From an uncultured Myxococcales bacterium (GTDB taxonomy: Bacteria > Myxococcota_A > UBA9042): 43,438 nucleotides of DNA. The position numbers and the translations under genes were made by a program. The notes under the pieces are model-generated. The model did no database searches. It was not told the DNA's origin and worked only from the letters and a program-made list of their open reading frames with translations. The DNA lies in NCBI GenBank assembly GCA_937915965.1, contig CALGHC010000432.1:1-43438 (forward strand). The letters are read 5' to 3'. Positions 36,310 through 43,438 of the stretch are shown here, in pieces (the first letter of the stretch is position 1; every line of letters begins with the position of its first letter).

Positions 36310-37521
36310 TTGTCCCGTCGCCCTCGAAAGACCGCCCCGGGTCCAAGCGCCATCCGTGACGATGGAGCGCTAGCGCAGCCGCTCGCGGGTCTGCGCGTCG
36401 CCCTGATCCACGACTGGCTGGTCACCCTGCGCGGCGGCGAGCGGGTCCTCGATGCGCTCTGCGAGATCTTCCCGGACGCCACCGTGCACACCCTGATCCG
36501 CGTACCAGGGGTCGCCACGCCGCGCATCGAGGCGATGCGCCACATCAGCGCGTTCACCGACCGCCTGCCGATGGCACACCAGCGCCACCGATGGCTGTTG
36601 CCACTCTACCCAACCGCGATCGAGTCTCTGGACCTGACTGGATTCGACCTGGTCGTGTCGTCAAGCCACTGCGTCGCCAAGGGCGTCATCTCCGCAGCGG
36701 GCGCGACCCATGTCTGCTACTGCCACACGCCCGTTCGCTACGCCTGGGACCGCACCGACGACTACATCGACGGCTCCCACCCCATCCTCGGCCTCGCTCG
36801 ACCCGCGTTGCACTACGCGGCGCGGTGGCTGCGCGACTGGGACCGAGCGACCGTCGGCCGGGTCGACCGATTCGTCGCCAACAGCCACAACACCGCGGAC
36901 AAGATTCGGCGCTTCTACGATCGCGAACCTGTAGTCGTGCATCCGCCAGCAGAGTGCGACCGCTTCGAAGCGGCTGGACGTAGCAGCGGCGAGAAGCGTG
37001 ACTACGACCTCGTGCTCAGCGCGTTGGTGCCCTACAAGCGCGTCGACCTCGCGATTGAAGCCTGGCGGGGCATGCCCGATCGACGGCTGGTCGTCGTCGG
37101 AGACGGGCCAGAGCGCGAGAGACTGCAGCGTCTTGCCCCCGGCAATGTCGAAATGGTTGGTCGGGTGAGCGAGGCCGACCTTCCGTCGTGGTACGCCGGC
37201 GCGCGCCTGCTGGCCTTCCCGGGCGAGGAAGACGCTGGGATCGTACCGGTCGAAGCCCAGGCGGCGGGCGTGCCGGTGGTAGCCCTGCGCAAGGGCGGCG
37301 CGCTCGAGACGGTAGTCGACGGCAAGACGGGCATCTTCTTCGACGACCCCACCGCGGCAGGGTTGGCCCACGCTGTCGCCAAGCTGGAGGCCGCCGGACT
37401 GTCCCGAGACGCCTGCCGGGCGCACGCGCGGGCATTTGATCGGTCCGCCTTTGTCGAGCGGATCACAGCGACTGTTGTCGAGGCCATCGCGGCGCGCACG
37501 GCGCTGGTGCGGGCTGGTTGA
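36310..37521 (+). CDS. Glycosyltransferase, GT4/group 1 family
   Basis: 403 aa. The N-terminal LRVALIHDWLVTLRGGERVL is typical of this GT4 subfamily. The C-terminal E-x7-E region is FPGEEDAGIVPVEAQAAGVPVVA. The only canonical in-frame start is TTG 36310, with GAGG 6 nt upstream. Confidence 0.8.
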   Translation: MSRRPRKTAPGPSAIRDDGALAQPLAGLRVALIHDWLVTLRGGERVLDALCEIFPDATVHTLIRVPGVATPRIEAMRHISAFTDRLPMAHQRHRWLLPLYPTAIESLDLTGFDLVVSSSHCVAKGVISAAGATHVCYCHTPVRYAWDRTDDYIDGSHPILGLARPALHYAARWLRDWDRATVGRVDRFVANSHNTADKIRRFYDREPVVVHPPAECDRFEAAGRSSGEKRDYDLVLSALVPYKRVDLAIEAWRGMPDRRLVVVGDGPERERLQRLAPGNVEMVGRVSEADLPSWYAGARLLAFPGEEDAGIVPVEAQAAGVPVVALRKGGALETVVDGKTGIFFDDPTAAGLAHAVAKLEAAGLSRDACRAHARAFDRSAFVERITATVVEAIAARTALVRAG

Positions 37522-38912
37522 TGGCTGTCGACGCGCCAACGCCGCCGGCCGCGCTCCAGGCCACAGCCTCGCGCGCCGGTCTTGGCGCTCGCCTGCCGTT
37601 CACGCCGGGCATTCGCCGCAACCTCGCCTGGAAGGGCGGCAGCGTCGTCGTCGAGAAGCTCCTGCGCTTGGGTGTCATCGTCCTGGCGATGCGCCTGCTT
37701 GGCGCAGAGGGCTGGGGCCGCTACAGCTTCGCCCTCACCTGGGCCCTCCTTCTCGTCCAAGGCACCGACCTCGGCCTGGCGCTCTTCATCGCACGGGAGA
37801 CAGCACGGACCGGCAGGCCCGACCCGCAGCTCATCGGCGAAGTCCTCACGCTCAAGGGTGCCCTCTCTCTCCTCTACCTCGCCGCGATGGCGGGGCTGGT
37901 GTGGTGGCACCGCGATGAGCCGGTCGTCGCCGCGGCGCTGGCGATCTGCACATTCGCTGCCCTGGGCAGCTCGACGCTTGAGGCGATCAATCACGTCTTC
38001 CGCGGCGTGCAGGATCTCGCGCTCGAGGCCCGCGCCAACAGCTTCCACGCCATGCTGCAGTTCGTCATTGGTTGCGCCGTGTTGGCCGGAGCAGCGGTCG
38101 TGTGGGAGCGGGGACTGACGGCGGGACCCGGCGAATCGGGAGAGGCCGAAATCCTGATCGCCTACGCGCTGAGCACGGTCGCCGCGGCGTGCCTGGCGCT
38201 GGTTTGGTCGGGTCGCCTTCTGCTGCGGGTCACGCGCCCGCGGCCGGGCCTGTCGCGCGCGAACCTTGTGCGCTTCCGACGCGAGGTCCTGCCGCTCGGC
38301 ATCGCGATTGTCGCCAGCCTGATCTACTACAAGGTCGACATCGTCATGCTGCGCGAGCTGCGCGGTGACACCGAGACGGGACTGTACGCGGCGGGCTACA
38401 AGGCGCTCGAGCTGCTGGCCGTCGTGCCGTCGATCTTACTCGCCGCGACCTTTCCCGCGTTGTCACAAGCGCTGGTCCGTGACCGCGTTGAGAGCCGCCG
38501 CCTCCATCGTACTGCCCTGCGCCTGCTCGTCATCGTCGGCCTCGCCGCCGCGGTGCCGCTGGCCGTGATTCCTCATTGGCTCACGGCAATACTCGGCCCG
38601 CGATTCGCCGGCACCGCGCCGATGTTGCAGGCGCTGGCGCCTTGCGTCGTGCTGACCTTTGTGAATTACCTTGAAACCCATATGCTTGTCGCGCTCGGTC
38701 TGGTGCGCATGCAGATGCTGCTGTCGATCGCGCTGATCGGCGTCAACGTCGCCGCGAACCTGGTCTTGATCCCACGCTACGGTGGTGTCGGCGCCGCCTG
38801 GGCGACGGCATTGACCGAGCTGGCGCTGCTCGCCGCCTGCCTCGTGCTCGTCCACCGCGGTCTGAACCGGGCGCCGCTGCCTCCCAACCTGGCGACCTCC
38901 CATGCAGAGTGA
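37521..38912 (+). CDS. Polysaccharide flippase (Wzx/MOP-superfamily) membrane protein
   Basis: About 463 aa and multi-pass hydrophobic throughout, with the GLYAAGYK motif region typical of oligosaccharide flippases. The ATG at 37521 overlaps the GT4 stop codon (TGATG). Confidence 0.7.
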   Translation: MAVDAPTPPAALQATASRAGLGARLPFTPGIRRNLAWKGGSVVVEKLLRLGVIVLAMRLLGAEGWGRYSFALTWALLLVQGTDLGLALFIARETARTGRPDPQLIGEVLTLKGALSLLYLAAMAGLVWWHRDEPVVAAALAICTFAALGSSTLEAINHVFRGVQDLALEARANSFHAMLQFVIGCAVLAGAAVVWERGLTAGPGESGEAEILIAYALSTVAAACLALVWSGRLLLRVTRPRPGLSRANLVRFRREVLPLGIAIVASLIYYKVDIVMLRELRGDTETGLYAAGYKALELLAVVPSILLAATFPALSQALVRDRVESRRLHRTALRLLVIVGLAAAVPLAVIPHWLTAILGPRFAGTAPMLQALAPCVVLTFVNYLETHMLVALGLVRMQMLLSIALIGVNVAANLVLIPRYGGVGAAWATALTELALLAACLVLVHRGLNRAPLPPNLATSHAE

Positions 38913-40677
38913 ACGCCCCGACACCTCTGCCGACCCGTTCGCCGCGGCGTGGACCGCCTACGCAGGGCTGGCGATGGGCACCCTCGCCCTCTTCGGCCCG
39001 CTGGAATTGCGCGAGGGGATGCTGCCGATCGGCGGCATGCAGGTGTCGGCGATCGAGCTGGTCGCGGTGCTCGCGCTCGTGGTCGGTTCAACCGCTGTCG
39101 CCCTGCGCTGGCGGCACGCCGACGGCGCCGCCATCCGGGCCTTGCTGACCAGCCCGGTGAGCCTCGCCTTGATCGCTTGGGCGGCGGTCCACCTCGCGAG
39201 CGCGGCGTGGGCCACGGAGGCCCGCACCGAAGCCTTCAAGTTCGGCCTGCGGGTCGCGGTCAGCGCTGGTCTCGCCCTGATCGCCGCGCTGCTCGCCGAT
39301 GTGCCGGTCTTTCGGCGCCGTCTGATTGGGGGTCTGCTCGCGGGCTTGAGCGTAATCTCTGCGATCGCGATCGCCGAGCGAGCCACTGGCCAGGACTTCG
39401 AGCCCTTCCTGGCGCTGTTTCGCAAGGCGCCAACCTGGATGCTGGGCGAGCAGCGGCTGGCCACCGTCTTCTCCCATGCCAACACCTGCGCGGCGTATTT
39501 CGAGTTGACCGTGCCCTTCCTCGCCGTCGCGCTGGCCCGCAGCGGCGTCGCGCGGCGCTGGCGCGTGCTGGGGGTGATCTGGCTGATCGCTCTGTCGGTT
39601 CTGCTGAGCCTGACCTATTCGCGCGCTGGCCTCGCGGCTGGTGCGTTGGCCACGGCGATCCTCGCGGGAGCAGCCCTGCGCCACCGCCATCGCCGCATGC
39701 TCTTCGGGATCGCCGCACTGCACGCCGCAGCAGTGTTGACAGCGTACTTCGGCAATCCGGATATGCGGGCGCGTTTCGGCATGGAGCTGCGCAGCTACAA
39801 GGTACGCTATGTCTTCGACGGCCCTTGTCTCGGCCACGCCGGCGAGACCATCAAGATCCCGTTGACCCTGCAGAATGTCGGCCAGTGGCCCATCGCCAAC
39901 CGCCAGGCCCCAGCGTCTCTTTCCTTCGAGTTCTGGCCCGAAGAGGGCAAGCCGACCAGCGGACGGCAATGGCTCCCTCTAGCCAAGGTCATCGCGGGGC
40001 GCAGCGCGCGGCTGTGGGTGCCCGCACGGCTGCCCGAGACGCCGGGCTCGTTCACGGCGGTCTTCGACATCCGCCGTCACGAGGTCATCTGGCTCAGCGC
40101 CGTCGGCAACCAGTTGGGTAGACTGCGCTGCATCTCGGTTCCCCGCGGCGAAGCCCTGGAGTCGAGGGCAAGCGAGACAAGCCTGCCTCCTCGAAGACAC
40201 GTCGAGAGCCCCGGCGGCTCGCAGGCAAAGCGCGCACTGGAGTTGGACCGGAAGCACTACTGGCAGGCTGCGCTCGCTCTCTTCGCCGAGCGACCCGTGC
40301 TCGGCCACGGCGCGGACCGCTTCCGCATGGCGTACCGCAGCAAGGTCCCGGGACGCGCATGGGACCGACGCGCTCGCTCGCACTCGATCATCCTGGAGAC
40401 CGCCGCGAACCTCGGACTCGTCGGGTTGATCGTGCTGGGCCTCCTGGGCGGAGTCTGTCTCGCCAGCGTTGCACAGATCCTGATCGCAGCCGGGACGGTA
40501 CCGATTGCGGGACTTGCCGCCTCGGTCGCGATCCTGGGTTTCGGCCTGCACTCGATGGTCGACTACTTCATGGGCTATACCCAGATCTACGTGTTGGCGT
40601 GGCCGATCGTCGGCCTCGCGCTCGGCCTCGCGCCGGGCTGGCGCAAGCACAGCAACAAACGCAAGAAGGACGTCTGA
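38902..40677 (+). CDS. O-antigen ligase/polymerase-like (Wzy_C domain) membrane protein with an inserted soluble domain
   Basis: 591 aa and multi-pass. The [13 protein letters not shown] and LTYSRAGL region is followed by [19 protein letters not shown] (H-N/S-x-x-L-E motif of Wzy_C proteins). A soluble insert of about 120 aa lies at about nt 39790-40150. It overlaps the flippase gene by 11 nt. Confidence 0.7.
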   Translation: MQSERPDTSADPFAAAWTAYAGLAMGTLALFGPLELREGMLPIGGMQVSAIELVAVLALVVGSTAVALRWRHADGAAIRALLTSPVSLALIAWAAVHLASAAWATEARTEAFKFGLRVAVSAGLALIAALLADVPVFRRRLIGGLLAGLSVISAIAIAERATGQDFEPFLALFRKAPTWMLGEQRLATVFSHANTCAAYFELTVPFLAVALARSGVARRWRVLGVIWLIALSVLLSLTYSRAGLAAGALATAILAGAALRHRHRRMLFGIAALHAAAVLTAYFGNPDMRARFGMELRSYKVRYVFDGPCLGHAGETIKIPLTLQNVGQWPIANRQAPASLSFEFWPEEGKPTSGRQWLPLAKVIAGRSARLWVPARLPETPGSFTAVFDIRRHEVIWLSAVGNQLGRLRCISVPRGEALESRASETSLPPRRHVESPGGSQAKRALELDRKHYWQAALALFAERPVLGHGADRFRMAYRSKVPGRAWDRRARSHSIILETAANLGLVGLIVLGLLGGVCLASVAQILIAAGTVPIAGLAASVAILGFGLHSMVDYFMGYTQIYVLAWPIVGLALGLAPGWRKHSNKRKKDV

Positions 40678-40916
40678 TGGCCCAAGGTGCTGCGATACCT
40701 CCGACGGAGATGCCAATTCAGGTCGTCGTCAACGGCGCGATCCGCGACGTCGCGGCCGGCACGACCATCGCCGGCTTGCTCGATCTGCTCGACATCGCCA
40801 CGGCGGGCGTGGCAGTGGAGCGAAATCGCAAGGTAGTGCGGCGCGCCGATCATCGCGGCTGCGTGATCGCCGACGGCGACCGGATCGAGATCGTCCGCTT
40901 CGTGGGCGGCGGTTGA
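40677..40916 (+). CDS. thiS: ThiS-family ubiquitin-like sulfur carrier protein
   Basis: 79 aa, or 68 aa if started at the ATG at 40710. IQVVVNG....[11 protein letters not shown]...[13 protein letters not shown].......[15 protein letters not shown] carries the diagnostic C-terminal GG. It shows TGATG overlaps with both neighbouring genes. Confidence 0.85.
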   Translation: MAQGAAIPPTEMPIQVVVNGAIRDVAAGTTIAGLLDLLDIATAGVAVERNRKVVRRADHRGCVIADGDRIEIVRFVGGG

Positions 40917-42760
40917 TGGAGACCAAGGGGAACGAGATCGCCGGCATGAATGAGCCGATCGCCGGGGCCGCGCCCGCGCGCCTGCCGCGCGCCAGTCGTT
41001 GGCTGTTGCTGGGGGTGTGCGTCCTGGCTTATTGCTGGCTGTTCCCCTGGTCCGAGCGAACCAACAACCCCAACGAGAATGTTCGCATCTACATGGTCCG
41101 CAGCATCGTCGAGCACGGCACGTTTGCGATCGGCGAGCGGGCAATGGTCGGCGGGCGCCGCGTGGACAGCGGACCGATTCTCGCCGATTGGGGTTGGGTC
41201 AACGACAAGGCGCTTGCGTGCGCCGATCCGAGCCAAGCGCCGCCGGACTGCTCTGGCAAGCTGTACCCCGGCAAGGCACCCGGCACTTCGCTATTCGGCG
41301 TGCCTTTCTATGCGGCTCAGTTGTGGGCGTGGAGGTTGAGCGGTCAAGGCACGCCGTCAAGGGGGGCGACAGTGTGGTGGCTGCGCTTCTGGTGCGTCGT
41401 CCTGCCAACGTTGGTCGCCTGGAGTTGGCTCGCCGGCCACCTGACCGCCGCCACTGGGCGCCCTCGCATCGCACTGGCTGCGACCCTCGCCGCCGCCCTG
41501 GGCAGCCTGTCGCTGACCTACGGCCAGATGTTCGCTGGCCACCAGCCCTCGGGGTTGGCGCTGCTGCTGCTCTTCGCCGCGATCGTTCGTGCGGGCGCCG
41601 CGCCAAGTCGGGGTGCCATCGCGGTCGCTGGCCTCGCGGCCGGCGCGGCCGTCTGCATTGAGTTCCCTGCCGCTCCGGCGGCGATCTTGCTGGTCGCGTG
41701 GCTTGTCCTGCGCCGTCGCCGGCTCGCAGACCTGACCTGGTTGGCGATTGGCGGCGCGGCGCCCGTTGCGTTGCTCGCGGCGTTCAACTGGAGCGCCTTC
41801 GGCACCCCCTGGGAGCTGCCGTACGCGCACCTGGAGAACCCCGGATTTGTCCGCGACATCGCTCCGGGCTTCTTTGGTATCAGCCTGCCCGACGCCGACA
41901 AGCTCTACGGCTCATTGATCTCACCGTTTACTGGGCTGTGGTTCTGGGCGCCCTGGTGCGCGCTCGCCTTCATGGGGCTGATCGGTCTGAGAGGTCGGGC
42001 CCAGGCCGCGGCAGGCGATCACGACGGACAGCGAGGCGCGGCCGCAAACGGCCCCGGTTCACCAGCCAAGGCGGCCAGCCTGGTCGATCCCGAGCGCTGG
42101 CTGACACCCCGGGCAGAGGGTGTGGTCGCCGCCGTGATCGTCTTGTACTTCCTGGTGTTTCAAACGAGTCACAGCCTCTGGCGCGGCGGCTGGGTGGTAG
42201 GCCCTCGCTACATCACACCGCTCGTGCCCTTCGCCGCAATCGCGTGTGCTCACGGCATCGCCCAGCTCGGTGCGCGTTGGCGAAGCGCGACCGAGGCGCT
42301 CTTCGCCGTGCTGGCCGTCGCGGCGATCGCGACGACTGGCAGCGCGTCGGCGGTGAGCCAGGGTTTTCCCATGGACCTCTACAACCCGTTGGCCGAGGCG
42401 GTTGGACCGCTGCTGGCCCACGGCTGGGTCTTCGCCAATCCGGCAATGGCCGCCGGCGTTCCTGGACCATGGAGCGCCCTGCCCTACTTCGTCGCCTTGC
42501 TCGCCGGGGCGCTTTGGATCGTCGGCTTGATGTCCAATGGCGACGACGGCGAGCCGACGACCGGCCTTCTCGTCCGATCGCGGCCCGCGACCGCCATCGC
42601 GATCGCCGCGGCGAGCGCTGCCGCGGTTGTCCTGTTGTGGCACGCCGGCGCGGCGCCGGGCGCCAAGAGCGACCGCGCGATCGCCTTCATGACCAGCGTC
42701 TGGACGCCGCCCGCTCCGCCCGGAGCGACGCCGATCTCTGCACGACCGAAGCGACCCTGA
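40916..42760 (+). CDS. Large multi-pass membrane protein, GT-C fold glycosyltransferase-like (ArnT/PMT, GT39-like)
   Basis: ORF 40505..42760 trimmed to the ATG at 40916, because the upstream extension overlaps thiS in another frame. It has at least 10 hydrophobic segments. The first loop motif NENVRIYMVRSIVEHGTFAI resembles the conserved first periplasmic loop of ArnT/PMT-type enzymes. Confidence 0.5.
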   Translation: METKGNEIAGMNEPIAGAAPARLPRASRWLLLGVCVLAYCWLFPWSERTNNPNENVRIYMVRSIVEHGTFAIGERAMVGGRRVDSGPILADWGWVNDKALACADPSQAPPDCSGKLYPGKAPGTSLFGVPFYAAQLWAWRLSGQGTPSRGATVWWLRFWCVVLPTLVAWSWLAGHLTAATGRPRIALAATLAAALGSLSLTYGQMFAGHQPSGLALLLLFAAIVRAGAAPSRGAIAVAGLAAGAAVCIEFPAAPAAILLVAWLVLRRRRLADLTWLAIGGAAPVALLAAFNWSAFGTPWELPYAHLENPGFVRDIAPGFFGISLPDADKLYGSLISPFTGLWFWAPWCALAFMGLIGLRGRAQAAAGDHDGQRGAAANGPGSPAKAASLVDPERWLTPRAEGVVAAVIVLYFLVFQTSHSLWRGGWVVGPRYITPLVPFAAIACAHGIAQLGARWRSATEALFAVLAVAAIATTGSASAVSQGFPMDLYNPLAEAVGPLLAHGWVFANPAMAAGVPGPWSALPYFVALLAGALWIVGLMSNGDDGEPTTGLLVRSRPATAIAIAAASAAAVVLLWHAGAAPGAKSDRAIAFMTSVWTPPAPPGATPISARPKRP

Positions 42761-42790
42761 CGACAGCCGTTCCGGCCATTCCACGCGCGT

Positions 42791-43252
42791 CTATCGGCCG
42801 GAGGCGAACGGCCACAGGCGACGCCACCACGCCGGTGGTCGCCGGGCGCGCCGCCACGCCTCGCTGTCGTTGACGTGCAACATCGTGTCGGTCAGCAAGA
42901 CAGCCTGAGCCAGCCCGTCGAGCGGCCTCGCCAACGAAACGGGCAACAAATCAAGGTCCTCCACAGCCGATTTGCCGTGGTCCGCCGTCAACCGCTCGAC
43001 CAGATCCCCGACCGCGTCGCCAATCCGGGCCAGCGCAGCGTCGACGTCGGTCTTGCCGCGCAAGAACACGACGAGCACCTTGGTGGCCGACCGGCCGGGG
43101 AAGGCGACCATGGGAACGTAGGCAAAAGCGATGTCGGCGTGCAGATCCTGAAGGACGTCACGCAGTCCCAACTCCAGATGCGGCGACAGCTCGTCCTTGG
43201 GCGCGCCAACCTGGATCTCTGTGCCCGGGGCGATGGATGCATCTTCAGCCAT
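42791..43252 (-). CDS. Hypothetical protein
   Basis: ORF 42791..43438 trimmed to the ATG at 43252, preceded by GGAGG 8 nt upstream. It is 153 aa, has no signal peptide and shows no motif I recognise. Confidence 0.45.
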   Translation of the reverse strand: MAEDASIAPGTEIQVGAPKDELSPHLELGLRDVLQDLHADIAFAYVPMVAFPGRSATKVLVVFLRGKTDVDAALARIGDAVGDLVERLTADHGKSAVEDLDLLPVSLARPLDGLAQAVLLTDTMLHVNDSEAWRRARRPPAWWRRLWPFASGR

Positions 43253-43438
43253 TGAAGGCCTCCGCCAGCTCAGGCGCCGCGCCGCGCAGGACCGCGCTGA
43301 TTCGGCGAAGGCTCGCCTCGATGCGGTGATCGATGCCGAGATGGCCACCATCGAATTCCTCGAACTCGAAGGAGATCTGGTGTTCTCGCAGTCGCGCTGC
43401 GACGGCCCGCTGGCCGACATCAAGCGCCCATTCGTCAC
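43245..43438 (-). CDS. 3' end of a CDS running off the window (C-terminal fragment, possibly alpha/beta-hydrolase-like)
   Basis: Minus-strand frame 3 is open from the window edge: DEWALDVGQRAVAARLREHQISFEFEEFDGGHLGIDHRIEASLRRISAVLRGAAPELAEAFNG*. It shows GC3-rich codon usage. Its TGA overlaps the next gene's start (AATGGCTGA). It is not in the supplied ORF track because no start codon lies in the window. Confidence 0.4.
   Translation of the reverse strand, partial: DEWALDVGQRAVAARLREHQISFEFEEFDGGHLGIDHRIEASLRRISAVLRGAAPELAEAFNG

Noticed and set aside
40505-40915. N-terminal extension of the GT-C-like ORF, and ORF 40359..40916 read as a 185-aa protein.
   Set aside because: Both extensions are Arg/Pro-rich and overlap the O-antigen-ligase-like C-terminus or thiS. 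The conserved ThiS sequence starts at 40677 and the membrane protein at 40916.

Overview
High-GC bacterial chromosomal window, estimated by eye at about 70% GC. It is densely coding with many antisense shadow ORFs. Cys-rich lipoproteins, FHA-domain proteins and overall gene content suggest Myxococcota, but that is inference only. Left third: a TPR lipoprotein and an F1Fo ATP synthase operon on the minus strand (b', b, delta, alpha, gamma, beta, epsilon; no a or c subunit genes). These are followed by a Cys-rich lipoprotein, a NUDIX hydrolase and a clear tRNA-Sec (selC, anticodon UCA). Next come a small Cys-rich lipoprotein, an unusual Pal, a CpoB/YbgF-like protein, mnmG, and two FHA-domain genes, one fused to a CpaF/T2SS-E-like ATPase whose Walker A lysine is replaced. 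thiE and thiG follow. Right half (about 20.2-42.8 kb): three tightly packed operons with no housekeeping assignment. (i) An HpcH-like aldolase, an LdpA-like Fe-S protein, a HisC-like aminotransferase and a HAD hydrolase. (ii) A redox-heavy minus-strand operon: FAD oxidoreductase, tandem GGCT-domain protein, a CoxM-linker-CoxS fusion, a CoxL-like molybdenum hydroxylase, a B12-radical SAM enzyme, and a HemN-like radical SAM fused to a DAO-type flavoprotein. A second B12-radical SAM gene is divergent from it. (iii) A translationally coupled GT4, flippase, Wzy_C/O-antigen-ligase-like, ThiS and GT-C (ArnT/PMT-like) operon. Several short tandem repeats sit in or between these genes. I saw no CRISPR array, rRNA, transposase or integrase. 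All functional calls rest on motif recognition in the supplied translations; no database search was possible.
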